From Okamejei kenojei (lineage: Eukaryota): a stretch of 64,000 bases of DNA. The notes beneath the pieces are model-generated. The model ran no database searches. It was not told the origin of the DNA and saw nothing but the letters and a program-made list of their open reading frames with translations. Both the position numbers and the translations under genes were made by a program. Shown here piece after piece: positions 13,168-26,315 of this stretch. Location: contig CM069153.1 in assembly GCA_035221665.1 (NCBI GenBank), positions 38,874,001 through 38,938,000 on the forward strand, read 5' to 3'. The first letter of the stretch is position 1, and every line of letters starts with the position of its first letter.

Positions 13168-13548
13168 TAGAGATACTGCACGGAAACAGGCCCTTCAGCC
13201 CACCGAGTCCGCGCCTGCCTGCGATCACCCCGCACTATCCTACGCGCTAAGGGCAATTTACAATTTTACCAAAGCCAACTGTGCAAACGTGCACGTCTTT
13301 GGAGTGTGGGAGGAGACCGGAGCACCCGGAGAAAACCCATAGGGACACAGGGAGAACATACAAACTCCGTACAGACAGCACCCATAGTCAGTATCGGACC
13401 CAGGTCTCTGGCGCTGACACTGACTCAAATGTTAAAAAAAAGTTGCAACTCAAGATACAATGGTCTGCATGGATTTCAAAAGGAGATGATCATGCACGAG
13501 GCCGCAACTGCCGCTACGAGGCAGCAACTCTATCGCTGCGCCTCTGTG
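13168..13548 (-). mobile_element. HE1-like V-SINE with a ~100-bp insertion (13417-13517)
   Basis: Family sequence is split between ctggcgctg and gaggcagcaac. Confidence 0.8.
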
Positions 13549-14220
13549 CAGCTCTGGGAAAGACCGTATAATCATCAGAAACCAGTGGCTTTGGCAACAT
13601 CCTATGGACAATATAAACAGAGCTATAAACATGTCATTCATTGTAGAATGCTTCCTCAGCAAAAATGATAACCAGCATCCTGTTAACACTCATCTCCTTA
13701 TAGTGCATCTAAAAGCATTACTTTCACATCTCTTTAATTGCTAACCGTCATACTCCAATATTAGAATCTTGCCAAACACTTGTTTTACCTCAATGATTGG
13801 AGTTAACTCAAGACTACTTATTTATTGTGACTTTTTCCACTGTGATTGCATTAGAAATCTACTTCTATAAAGGATCACCGCATATGAAACATATTTCCCA
13901 CTTTTCATCAGAATATTGGCCCATGCTAGAGTTTGAGCTCGATTAATTCTGTATCCAGGGATTAAAAATGAAGCAGAAGATTGATGCTGAGTTGGTATAA
14001 CTTCCCATGAGGCTCATAGAGGGAAAAGGTATAAACATTTTGCTTTGGATAGTAACATCGTGATAACTACAGCATCAGCCTGGCTGGGCTCTGGGCAATC
14101 CATTGTTGGAACTGGAAAACAATCACATGATGGGTTGCGAAGCATTAGAGTCCAAGCTTCCAAAATAATAACAATTAAATGCAAAATGTAACATCGACCC
14201 CTTATTTTAACGATGACTCA

Positions 14221-14528
14221 GGTGGCACAGTGACGCAGCGGCAGGCAAAGCTGCTGCATTACAGAGATCTGGGTTCAATCCTGACTCTGGGTGCTTGTCT
14301 GTACGGAGTTTATATGTTCCCCCCACGCCCTGCGTGGGTTTACTCCGAGATTTTGGGTTTCCTCCCACACTCCAAAGACGTACACAGGTTTGCAGGTTAA
14401 TTGGTTTGGTACAAATGCAAATTTTCCCTAGTGTAGAGGATAGTGCTACAGTGCGGGGTTCGCTGGCCAGTACGGACTCGGTGGGCCGAAGGGCCCCTTT
14501 CCCCACTGTATCTCCAAACGGAACTAAA
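14221..14528 (+). mobile_element. HE1-like V-SINE
   Basis: Family similarity. Confidence 0.85.
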
Positions 14529-14624
14529 AAGAAAGTGGTCAATTTAACCACAGCCAGGATGTACATGAAATAGAAAACATACTTGGAAGAATCATTTGGA
14601 CAATAAATACCCTTCCCCACTGAC

Positions 14625-14765
14625 CTAATCAAGAAAGGGTGCCAGTGGTTATGGGGAGAAGGCAGGAGAATGGGGTTGAGAGGGAAAGATAGATCAGCCA
14701 TGATCGAATGGTGGAGTAGACGATGGGCTGAACGGCCGATTCTGCTCCTAGAATTTATGAACTTA
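14625..14765 (+). mobile_element. CR1 3' tail
   Basis: ggttatggggagaaggcaggagaatgggg...gatcagccatgat. Confidence 0.75.
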
Positions 14766-15168
14766 TTAATAAATGCACACGATACCCAATATTAACAACA
14801 CACACATATGTGCCACCCTTACCCCTTTAGAAGTGCATTGGGTGAATTTTGAAAAGGACCATAAAGAATGGTGTGGGTTAAATTGACTTGCATTCATGGC
14901 TTTTCTCCTATGCCCACCAAGGTTACTTGCCTTGTGGTCCTATCCTCTCTTACATTGCATTTTCCAGCAACTACTATTTAAAACTCTCATCCTGAAGATG
15001 ATTACTTTCAATGTCCTTTCCCCACTTGATTTCCAGGATCTCATTCAGACCAACAATGCTAGCCCTTGAATCTTGCCGTACCTCTGACTACACCCTCTGC
15101 TGCACCCTACTCTCCTGATAGGCAGGTGAGATTTATGTGGACTATGAATGTGGACAGGATTTGACGGT

Positions 15169-15476
15169 GTAGTTTAGTTTAGAGATACAGCATGGAAACA
15201 GATCTTTCAGTCTACCGATTCCACACTGACCTTCGATCTCCCATTCAAACTAGTTTTATATAATCCCACTTTCACACTCGCTAAGGGTAATTCACAGCGG
15301 CCATCCTACATATCTGCACGTCTTTGGGGAGCGTGAGGAAGCCCGAGAAACCAGAGGAAACCCACACGCTCACAGAGGGAATGTGCAAACTCCACACAGA
15401 CAGCACCCGAGTTCAGGGTCGAACCTGGGTCCCTGGCGCTGTGAGGCAGCCGCTCTACCAACTGCGCCACTGTGCA
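15169..15476 (-). mobile_element. HE1-like V-SINE (older subfamily)
   Basis: Family similarity with more divergence. Confidence 0.8.
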
Positions 15477-16313
15477 CTGTTTACTTAGGATACAAAACTA
15501 AAAGCAGAAAGTATCACTTTAAAACAGGGGCTAGACGTAGCCTTTAACTCACCTGATCCAAGAACACACTTGGGTTGATTACGTGCGTCGCGGGCCATGA
15601 ACTAGTTTGAGCAAATTATTGCAGGATTCATGACTTGGTTGTGAATATGTCAGTCAAGTGTATTTTATAACAATAGTTAGCATGAGATCAGATTAGATGA
15701 TATAATTTCATCACATCCTGTCTTGTAGTTCGTAAAACTGTCCCAACTTTTATCGAAATTAACTAAACAATTGAGTGAAAGTTGAAAAAAAACTAGCATC
15801 ATGTGATGCAGTACACACATCCGGTACAATTTGATAAAGTCTAATCTCCAGACGTCCAAGCCAGCCAGCTGAAGGTGGAGATAAGGTCCCGAGCAGACTT
15901 CAGTAACATGTAATTGGCAAATTTCCAACATTAACTCGGCTTCCAAAAGACAGCCTGAGAGAGGGAAATTGAGCAGGTAACAATGTAACAGGACACAATC
16001 ACCGCCTCTTAATGAGAGGCGCATTTTTGAATGGTAATGGACACCATGTCGTTTTCTGACCTTTTCCAGGGTCTTCTGAATCTCCTCATCCCCAAGGAGG
16101 TGCGGTGACCAAGTGGGCAGGAGAATGGGCAGCTCCTCTCTGTCCACAGATCAACCAGTTCAGCGAAATCTTTCTTTAAAAATCTAAAATGGTGCTGAAC
16201 AACAACCGAGGGTCAGGAAAACTATGATGACTTCACCAGGATTGCCAGGGTGAGTCACACTTTCACATATATTTTACTCAGTATATAATACTGTACCTCT
16301 CCAAAGAAGCCCC

Positions 16314-16412
16314 AGTATGAAGAAGGGTCTCGACCCGAACCGTCACCCATTCCTTCTCTCCAGAAATGCTGCCTGTCCCGCTGAGTTGCTCCAGCATTTT
16401 GTGCCTATCTTC
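16314..16412 (+). mobile_element. Penelope-like short copy
   Basis: Family sequence. Confidence 0.8.
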
Positions 16413-16806
16413 ACTGTCAATCCTTGATCTCCCATCCCCATTATCCTCTCTCAACATTCAGTTGCAATGGGATTCCACCTTGCTTTGTATTTTGGTTCCG
16501 TCAATATCTAACACCACTCCGACAACTACATTCCCCTTTGGACCATACTTGAAGATTCTTCTTGTGAAGTTACATATTTAAAAGTGTCAGACAGTTCAGA
16601 AGTCTTCAAATCATTTCAACAGAACATACATTTCCAGAGCAAAAGGGTGGGAGGACTGGGATGGATTTTGGTTTTAAGTTGCAATCGAATTGCTGGAAAG
16701 AAATATTTAAGTCCTTATTACTCTCTCCCTCATGACATTGAATGCCCTCATCTAATTCACCTCCATTGTCGAGCGCACTTATCAATATTTTCTTCTTAGT
16801 TTGCAC

Positions 16807-17135
16807 TCATGGAAGCCTCTTGAAAAGAGTCGGGGAATCGAGGACATAGTTTTTAGGTGGGGGGGGGGGGGGGGGGGAAGATTTATTAGTGGCGTGAGGG
16901 TCTTTCTCATGCAAAGGGTGGCGGGTGTATGGAATGAACTGCCAGAGGATGGAAGTTGAGGCAAGTACGATCGCAACATTTAAGAAACATTTAGACAGGT
17001 ACATGGATAGGACAGGTTTAGAGGGATATGAACCGAATCAAGGTAGGCGGGACTAGTACAGATGGGATGAATTGGCCAGTGTGGGCAAGTTGGGCCGAAG
17101 GGCCTGTTTCCACGCTGTAAAACTCTATGACTCTA
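16807..17135 (+). mobile_element. CR1/HER1 3' end
   Basis: Tail gggccgaagggcctgtttcc is shared with the HE1 SINEs. Confidence 0.8.
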
Positions 17136-18294
17136 TATCAGTCAGAGTGCAGGATTGTTGACTTGGGCTCCTGTGATCTGCTCAGTGTCCGCGTTATGTA
17201 TACCTTGTGCCCACTTTTAGAACAGTTGGGTAGTTGAGCATGGACCTCCGTGAGAAGTTATGGGCAAGAAATCCTCGTATATCTTTGTCTATGAACACCC
17301 ACCTTCTCACTCGTCAAGTCGGGGCAAAGAGTAGAGAGTAAAAGTGCTGCAATAAAAATGCACCAGTCACCGAACTGCTACATGTAAATTGCGAGTTGGA
17401 TGTCAAAGGCAACAAAGACTTTGGCTTTTAATGGGGGTTTTGCTGCTTCAGTAGTGGCAGTATTCACAGTTCTTGTTGCAGGAGGTGTTACAATTCTGAC
17501 CTCCTCCGTGGGATAAAACAGCTTCCTTGCACATCGGATCCATGTAGAGCTACAGGGGTGTTGTCCTGGGTCAATAAACTTTGTAGGGAGGGTAAGGATT
17601 GTATTTGTGCACTGGGGCAGCTGTAGTTCCTAATTGCTTTTTCCTCCTTTAACTGGAGTGGAATTGCCAGAAGGACCACCTAGAAGAGCAGTGTTTTTGC
17701 CAGAAGTCCCTCAAGTGTTCAGAATACTCGGTAACTTCTTTGTAATGATCTAAGGAGCCAAAAAGCACAATACAAAACATCCCCGAAACTCTGCCTGACT
17801 TTTATTTCAATCCAGCTGTGGATTTGTTTAATAGTGTTGGAAATGGCTACTTCCTATCTTCTCCACACTGTGGTTTGCATTCGGGATGGGGAAACAGTTG
17901 TATTCCTGTGGATGGAGACTAAAGTGCGGTTGAAGCTTTGGGAACGTAACACGACCTTGATTAACATGCAATAATTGGGCCTTGGGTAGCTTCAGGTGGG
18001 AGCAAGCTTAATCATAGGCCACCCAACCTCCAGAACAGGAAGACATTCAGCAGCCAGTTGGCACGCCTACGCCTCTTGTGGATTGTTTCTCACCATGGCT
18101 CATTTTCAGCTCTAACGTGAAAATCACCCTGCAAAGCAATAAAATCTATAACAGATTTTCTGATTGGCGGTCAAACAATGGCAAAGGGAAATTACAAAAA
18201 AAATTCTGGGAAATTCTGATGGGAAAGAGTTGCGTCGATTATACTTCACGAATGGGGAATAAAGAAATATCTGGATTTTGCAGCGTGATATATT

Positions 18295-19105
18295 CACAAA
18301 GTGCTGGAGAAACTCGGCGGGCCAGGCAGCATCACCGGAGAAAAACGATAGGTGACGATTCGGGTCGGGACCCTTCCTCAGGCACCGCAGGGCACGGAGA
18401 GAAGAACTGTTGTGAGATGGCGGTGGCTGGACTGCCGGTACCTGTAATCCGGGTTGGTTCCGAACTGGGAGGAGCAGAGCCGGAGTTGGAACCCATGTGG
18501 CACAAGGTGGAGGCGCAGGCAAACGCTGAGAAAACACACGTGGCTGTGATAGCGAGTCCGGGTTAACACATGGTCACAGAGCCCGGGAGCAGCAGCAATC
18601 ACGGAGGGGGAGCAGTGAGAGAGAATCCCACAAAACTCCCTTCGGAGAGAGGGGGAGAACCTCGTCAAAGTTGGCAGACCTTGAGGAGATTTTGCAGTGA
18701 AGCTGACAAAATGTGTAGGAAGGAACTGCAGATGCTGGTTTACATCGAAAATAGACACAAAGTGCTGGGGTTTAGTCAGAGGGTGGTGAATCTGACATTC
18801 ATTGACTCAGACGGCTGTGGAGGCCAAGTCAATGGACATTTTTAAGGCTGAGATTGACTGATTCTTAATTAGGAACAGTGTCAGTGGTTATGGGGAGAAG
18901 GCAGGAGAATGGGGTTGAGAGGGAAAGATTGATCAGCCATGATTGAATGGCGGAGTAGACTTGATGGGCTAATCTGCTGCTCAAAGTTAAAATGATCTTA
19001 CTCAGCGGGTTAGGCAGCATCTCTAAAGAAAAAGGATGGGTGACATTTCGGTCCAGAAGACTTGGGTCTGAAGAAGGGTTTTGAACCGAAACGTCACCCA
19101 TCCTT
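18295..19105. mobile_element. Cluster: Penelope-like copies (18295-18380, 18712-18765, inverted pair 18998-19105) and a CR1 tail (18768-18985)
   Basis: Family similarity. Confidence 0.7.
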
Positions 19106-19798
19106 TTATTGTAGTAGTTGTCTCACCACGTTTGGGATTCCCACACACATGCATGCGTCCAGGCCATTCTGCAGCAGTGCATTTCCAGCCGTGCTAGGAA
19201 GTTGCGATCCGGCAGCAGCAAGCAAAGTTGTGACGATTCCGCAACACCTGTGCTCGGAAATCTACCTGTAAAATAGCTGGTGCGGGAACATCGTTTTACT
19301 TTTAGTTTTGTGTATTATTGTCACGTGACAAACCTTTGTTTGCGTGCTGTCCAGTCAAAGAAATTACAATACATGATTACAATGCACAGATATAGGGTAA
19401 TACAACATTTAGTGCAGGAGCATAGATAGTGCAGGAAATGTTGCTGTTGAAATAAAGATTTAAGAGAGTGGAATGATAGCAATTGATGATGTCAGATCCA
19501 TTTCTGGGACCAGCAAGCAAAGAGTCACCTCGCTCTGATACCATCTTGGTGAACGGAGAGGGGCAGCTGCATGAAATCCAGATGTTAGGATGGTGTGCAA
19601 CTGCTAACAACTGAAACGTGGACTGGACTTGGAATATGGCCCCCAAAACATGGCGCTTCTTTCATGCGGACTCAGTCGACTATTTCTGTACAATTGTTAA
19701 TCAGGGATGGTGTGGCAATACTCCGCTGGACTGTTTGCAAGAAAATAATTTCATTGTGCCTTTACACGTCACATTAGAGCATCATTGAGAAAAAGGTA

Positions 19799-20108
19799 AT
19801 TTAGTTTAGTTTAGTTTTAGTTTAAAGATACAGTGGAAACAGGCCCTTCAGCCCACCCAGTCAGTGCCGACAAGCGATCCCCATACAGTAAACATTATGC
19901 TACACACTAGGGACAATTTACAATCTTTACAGAAGTCAGGTAACCTACAAACCTGTACATCTTTTGGAGTGTGGGAGGAAACCGGAGATCCCCGGGGAGA
20001 ACCCATTCGGTCCCAGGTAGAACGTACAAACTTCGTACAGACAGCACCCGTCGGTCGTCATGATCGAACCCGGGTCTCCGCCACTGTCGTGCAGCAGCTC
20101 TACCGCTG
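19799..20108 (-). mobile_element. HE1-like V-SINE
   Basis: Family similarity; (tttag)n tail. Confidence 0.85.
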
Positions 20109-20534
20109 AGCATTTAAAGATAATTTACATTCCTAGAATGAATACAATTGCATTAAATATATTGATGGTTTTTGAGTGTGCTTTAGATATTTTAGAGTTT
20201 TAACATTTTCCTTTTTAACTTCCAAATTGTTTGATTTTTAGTCATTGTTGAATGTTTCTAGATGTCTCTGAAGCCAAAGGAAAAACAGGGCTTTGACAGG
20301 TGGCAAGGGTTTTGTTGTTTTATAGGAAGTGTTTGTTTCAAGATAAGTCAAGAGACTGCCTTATTTATATAATTGGACTCCTTTACAACAGTTTCTCTGC
20401 AGTAAAGGTTTGGACACTTTCATTCAGAGATTTCAAACTCTTGGTCATGAATTAGGTAAATGTATTGCTCGTTTGTAGATCAGTGGTGATGATAAATAGT
20501 TTGTAGCATGAGCTCCGCAATGAATAAATTAAGA

Positions 20535-20623
20535 TTGGATGATCAGCCATGATCATATTGAATGGCGGTGCAGGCTCGAAGGGCCGAATGGCCTGCTCCT
20601 GCGCCTAATTTCTATGTTTCTAT
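20535..20623 (+). mobile_element. CR1 3' tail (same subfamily as 10031)
   Basis: ttggatgatcagccatgatcatattgaatggcgg...tttctatg. Confidence 0.85.
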
Positions 20624-21364
20624 ATTAATACATTCTGACAATGGAAGATCTATAAAGTAGATCAAGACTTCAATGGTCCAATTGTGCTTTTATTTTCACA
20701 TGTGTAAACGCACACATTATTCCAGTACATTATTCCCATACCCAAGTACATCCTCCATTAGCAAATACACAGATGTAGTCTACTGAGCCCGCATTCAAGA
20801 GGTGCCATTTTTTGGCGCCATTTTCAAAGTCCAGTCCGCGCTCTAGTTCGTATGAGCGGCGCGCGATCCAGACGAGCCCCAGACTGCCGTAGGGCCTCCA
20901 GCCATCACCTTCCTTGGACGCGACATCCCTTTCCTTGCCCAGGGGGTGCCTCCCGCAGCCGCTCTTGAGGGCGGTTCCCTCTCCTACCGGCCTAGCTCCT
21001 CGCCCATCGCAGTCCAATGATATTGTAAAGGCTAGAACCCCTATCTTGCACGTTAAGGGGGGTAGTGGGTACGGTTGTGTGTCTGAAGTTGCATTGAAGT
21101 TGCAAATTCAAAAAGGACAAAAAGATGGTTCACGAGTGCAGAGGCCACAGATGCCAGATTCCATTTACAGTGTGGTCTTCTATTGGAAAGGCCTCTTGCA
21201 CATGGCTCTGCACACTCCCCGCAGCCCGCAAAATGGCCAACTGTTCCTTTCATGATTTGGAAAACATAATGTAAGAATGTTTCATTATCCTTTTCTTCCA
21301 GGTATTCTTTTGTCATTGAGCTTTCATATTATTTTGAAGATAACCAGAATGATAGAAGATTTAG

Positions 21365-21472
21365 AAACAAAGAACTGCAGGTGCTGGTTTATGGCGAAAA
21401 TAGACATAACGCACTGTACTAACTCAGTGGGTCAGGACCTGCTGAGTTACTCCAGCTATTTGTGTCTATCTA
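21365..21472. mobile_element. Penelope-like inverted pair (short)
   Basis: aactcagtgggtcagg / cctgctgagttactccagc. Confidence 0.65.
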
Positions 21473-22654
21473 TGGTAGATAGTTCGCCATCTATTCACCC
21501 TTTCCTATCTTTTGTACATTTGGCATATTTGTCTTTTGGACAACGGATCTTTGTCTGCACAATAGACATTCTGCAAGATTTATTAAAAATGAATTAATTC
21601 TATTCTGCTGAGCTGCACGATTGATGTAGATTTAATGTGCTGTGCCACTGAAATTTCCTGTAGTGCATCATTAACTTCCCGATGTTGGTTGTGTATGTGT
21701 CCCGCTATGACGTTTCACATAGTTGAACGATGGATGCCACTTAACAACTGATGATCTACCGAGGGCAACGCAAACTCTCTGTGTATCCATTGCTCATCTC
21801 GAAGGACCCTTGTGAGTGGCAATGGCTATTGTTGTCGTTAAGGGCATGCGTTTCCAAAACTATTGCCAAAGATAACAGGAGACGCACAACTGGTGATAAT
21901 TTGAAAAAGGACACTGGTCTTTCATCGATGAAATAAAGTTGCTGCATCGTTCCCAGTGGTCATGGACTTTATTTATAAGTGCCAACTGATTTTTTTCTTG
22001 TGTTGATCCATGTAAGCCCTTTATATGCGAGCACGGAACAGCGGACAATCTGCATTGGGATGGTTGCCTCAGGCAATGGCTCTCTTGGCATTGAAGCTGG
22101 TTATGATTGCATATTCAAGTTTGGATTCTGCAGAATTCATGGCGACAGCTGGAACATTGGTGAGTAATAAAAGTGTTTCTATCGCTTGCATAACTCATAC
22201 TTTCTTTGCAGATAATTTACAGATTGCATCGCAAAAAACCAATGCTCTAATGCATCATTTATGCGAGAGATGGCAGTAGGCATTTGGTTGTTGCGTATCT
22301 GTACTGAGAATAACTAGAGCACTTAACAGTATTATGCGTGAGGAGCCAAGTAATCTCTGGTCAGAATCTGGATGCGGTCCCAGTATTCATTTGAAAACAT
22401 TCCCAGTAAGCTTTGTTTTCTGATAGAAGTGGGTTGAGGTGCCTGTGATCCTTAAGTCTCTGCTCTTGCCAATGGACATTTCATCAGCTATTCACGGCAC
22501 CTCTTCACTGATGCTCACTGTCTTACTCTGTTTTCTGTTCCCTGCCAGTATTGAAGCCTCCACCACTGGCTACCTGTCATGGTGCCTGCTTTAACTAGGA
22601 CTGCTTTAGCCATATAATTTGTACGAGAGGTGCCACATTATCAACACACAGACG

Positions 22655-23128
22655 TTTTAACTCCCCTTCTCATTCCCATTCTGACCTCTCCGACCTGGCC
22701 TCCTCCACTGTCAGAGTGAGGCCACACGCAAACTGGAGGAACAGCACCTCATATTTTGCTTGGGCAGCTCACAATCTAGCGGTATTAATATTGATTTCTC
22801 TAATTCAAGTAACCCTTGCATTCTCTATCTCTCCGTCCTTCTCCCACCCTAGTCCTCCTGGTTTCATTGTCCGTATCCTCTTCCACAGCCAACAATGGAC
22901 CATTGTGGGCTACACCTTTCCTTAGTCATCGGTGCCGGCTCCGATTTGTTCTGTACCTTTTCATACCTCTAGATTCCCTCTCCCCTGACTCTCAGTCTAA
23001 TGAAGGGTCACGACCTGAAACATCACCTGTTCCTTTTCTCAGGAGATGCCGCCTGACCTACTGAGTTCCTCCACCATTTTGTGTCCATCTTCAGTGTGTA
23101 CCACCATCTGCAGTTCCTTCCTACTACA
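22655..23128 (+). mobile_element. Penelope-like element 3' fragment: GIY-YIG endonuclease C-terminus, 3' UTR and terminal repeat
   Basis: Frameshifted FNSPSHSHSDLS / LLHCQSEATRKLEEQHLIFCLGSSQSSGINIDF fits the PLE GIY-YIG end motif (E..I..L....G.N) and runs directly into the short repeat family. Confidence 0.8.
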
Positions 23129-23238
23129 TAAACCACCTGCCCATTTGAGCTTTGCAATGCCATTAAAAACAACATGAAGCGGTTTACAGCAAGCAGTGTT
23201 TGCGGGCACAGAGATTTTGTGTATTGCCTACATTATCA

Positions 23239-24124
23239 ATATAACCATATAACCATATAACAATTACAGCACGGAAACAGGCCCTCTCGGCCCTTCCAGT
23301 CCGTGCCGACCATTTGTTTTCCCCTAGTCCCATCTACCTGCACTCAGACCATACCCCTCCATTCCCTTCACGTCCATATACCTATCCACTTTACTCTTAA
23401 ATGTTAAAATCGATCCTGCCTCCACCACTTCTGCTGGAAGCTGATTCCACACAGCCACCACCCTCTGAGTAAAGAAGTTCCCCCATGTCACGTTACCCCG
23501 AAACTTCTGTCCCTTAATTCTCATGTCATGCCCTCTTGTTTGAATCTTCCCTACCCCTCAATGCGAAAAAAAACTTAAAGGATTTCCCCCTTATCCACTG
23601 GACTTCCCCAACATCAACTCTCTCTATCCCTTTCATCATTTTTAAATTCCAAGATCTCAATCAAGTCCCCCCTTAACCTTCTGCGCTCCAAAGAATAAAG
23701 ACCTAACTTGTTCAACCTTTCTCTGTAACATAGTTGCTGGAACCCTGGCAACATTCTAATAAATCTCCTCTGTACTCTCTCTATTTTGTTGACATCCTTC
23801 CTATAACTAGTCGACCAAAATTGTACACCATACTCCAGAATTGGTCTTACCAATGCCTTGTACAATTTTAACATTACTTCCCTACTCCTATATTCAATGC
23901 TCTGATTTATAAAGGCCAGCACACCAAAGGCTTTCTTTACCACCCTATCTACATGCGATTCCACCTTCAGGGAACTATGCACAGTTATTCCTAGATCCCT
24001 CTGTTCCACAGCATTCCTCAATTCCCTACCATTTACCATGTACTTCCTATTTTGATTTGTCCTGCCAAGATGTAGCACTTCACACTTAACAGCATAAAAC
24101 TCCATCTGCCATCTTTCAGCCCAC
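23239..24124 (-). mobile_element. CR1/HER1 LINE, ORF2 C-terminus and 3' tail
   Basis: WAERWQMEF..KCEVLHLG...LYKALVRPILEYGVQFWS...RRRLRGDLIE; (atataacc)n tail. Confidence 0.92.
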
Positions 24125-24459
24125 AATATGATGATGATTCTGCCCTCTTTTCTCGTCCCTTTAGTAGCAGAAATTCTGAAGCTCTCAAACATGAATGAAT
24201 AAGTTATGACTTCTGAATAATTAACTTTGTTGGATATGGGGGTTCAAAAATGGTGACCTCCCATTAAACAGTGGATTTGTCTATAAAACAAATAGCGTAA
24301 TGTCATTTAAAAATATTCTGAAATAGTTAACAAATCTGCTTTTTGCCGTATATTTTCGCACCTAATTTAGATAATCCTACTATTTTCATGTTTAATATCT
24401 AGCTTGGTAAACCCTTCTCAACATGACATTGCACATGTCATATACAAACACAATGTTAA

Positions 24460-25103
24460 GGACACAAAGGACTGAAGTAACTCAGGATAGGACGGTTTTG
24501 GAGAAATATGGATCAAACGCAGGCAGGCGAGACTAGTGCAGTTGGGACATGTTGGCCAGTGTGGGCAAGTTGGGCCAAAGGACCCGTTTCCAAGTCCTAT
24601 CACTCTATGACTCGATGACTCATTGGTCAGGCAGCATCTTTGGAGAACATGGATAGGCGACGTTTCAGGGGGTCAGGGCCATTCTTCAGAATTTGTTTGT
24701 CTGAAGGAGGGTCCCAGCTCGAAACATCACTTATCCATGTTCTCCAAGGAAGCTGCCTGACCCACTGAGTTACCCCCGCACTTTGTGTCCTTTTGTGTAA
24801 ACCAGCATATGCAGTTTATTTTTTCTACAAACAAAATGTTTTTCTTTATGTCCCTGTCTCTACTTTATCCGTGTGCCTTCTTTGTTGCCAATTTAAGTTG
24901 CCACGTAAACCCTTGCCACTGCAGTCTGATGTTTTCATCATCACTCAGAGTTCAGATTTGTTCTGAACCTTGTCATATCTCTAGTTTCCCTCTCCCCTGT
25001 CTCTCAGTCTGAAGAAGACTTGCGACCCGAAAACTCACCCATTCCTTTTCTCCAGAGATGCTGCCTGACCCGGTTGAGTGACCCCAGCACTTTGTGTCTA
25101 TCT
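24460..25103. mobile_element. Nested Penelope-like copies (inverted pair 24625-24830; 24950-25103) and a CR1 tail (24484-24620)
   Basis: Family similarity. Confidence 0.75.
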
Positions 25104-25142
25104 TTGCTTGACAATCTGAATTGAACATCTGGGACATCCCAT

Positions 25143-25181
<39 letters not shown>

Positions 25182-26162
25182 CTGCTGATTGTGGTGAAGA
25201 TGAAGACTTGGCCAATTCTTGGCCCTACCTGTTATCCTCCCTTTGTGAGCCCGGGGTCATTTCTCCTCACCAGATGTGAGCGCATTATTTTACTAACCCA
25301 TTTTCAGAACCTAGTTGGTAAATCAAACGCTTCCTTCTGTCGTTTGAGCAATTTCCCCAATAATTTCACACTTCAGGATTAAAGTGGTTTATGCCTCATT
25401 AGCTGATCAAGAAGTGTTAAAGAACCCTTGCTGCAGGTGTGTTGTGAATAGCTGGCAGTGTTGTGTTATCATTGGTGAAATTGCGCTATTTTCCAGAGTA
25501 AAAAACTTGTTTTTAAAGCTGCACATTCCTGCTACTTTGTTAAATGTTAGTTGATAAAACCCATTGTTCATTTGCTGCATTTGAATACACAGCAAACTGA
25601 TTAGAGTCTCACCCTCTGTCAGCCTTAAGGGTCGTAAAGTAAAATGAATTTTTAAGCAGTTTGAAGCTGTATCCTACAAGACGAGGATCTAAGGCCCAAA
25701 ACTCATAACTTCACATAAATTGGCAATCTGGCTCAGAAAACCCACAAGAATTGTGAGCTTGGACATCAGTGAAAGTTCATATGGATAATTTATATATTTG
25801 CAGTTTACTATGCAAAGCTCAAATCTGCATATATGAGTTGTCCAAAGGCCAATTAGTAATTATTTTCTTAGCATGAGTGATAATAGAGGATCCTTTAGTC
25901 ACATTGCTTCTGGGATGATTATTTGATAATAGAAGATTGGAACTGAATTGCTTTTCTGTGTCAGACTTGGCAATCAGAGCTTAAGTGGGTCTGCAGTAGC
26001 TCACAAACTTGTTAATGATCAACCAACTAGTCGGCTTATTGCTATGATCTAAAGAAATAAACTGTCACTGGGAACTGGAATTCTTCCCACTCCTCTGGAT
26101 AATAAACTGTAGATGATGCTTTGTTTTGGAGAATGCTTAAAAGAGTGCAGTCCATATTAAGG

Positions 26163-26254
26163 TCTGAAGAAGGGTCTCGACCCGAAACATCGCCTATCTC
26201 CTTCGCTCCTTAGATGCTGCTGCACCCGCTGAGTTTCTCCAGCATTTTGTGTAA
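26163..26254 (+). mobile_element. Penelope-like short copy with 15-bp TSD
   Basis: cagtccatattaagg at 26148-26162 and 26255-26269. Confidence 0.88.
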
Positions 26255-26315
26255 CAGTCCATATTAAGGATTGGCCCTTTCAATCTGTGTCAGTTCAACA
26301 AGGTAACATACGTAT

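Noticed and set aside
7846-18566. Longer ORFs at 7846-8271, 14207-14701, 15677-16147 and 18078-18566
   Set aside because: No recognisable domains or splice support; two of them run through SINE/PLE sequence.
23614-24192. 192-aa ORF as an active retrotransposon or host gene
   Set aside because: It is a 5'-truncated CR1 fragment lacking the RT core, with a disrupted 3' part.
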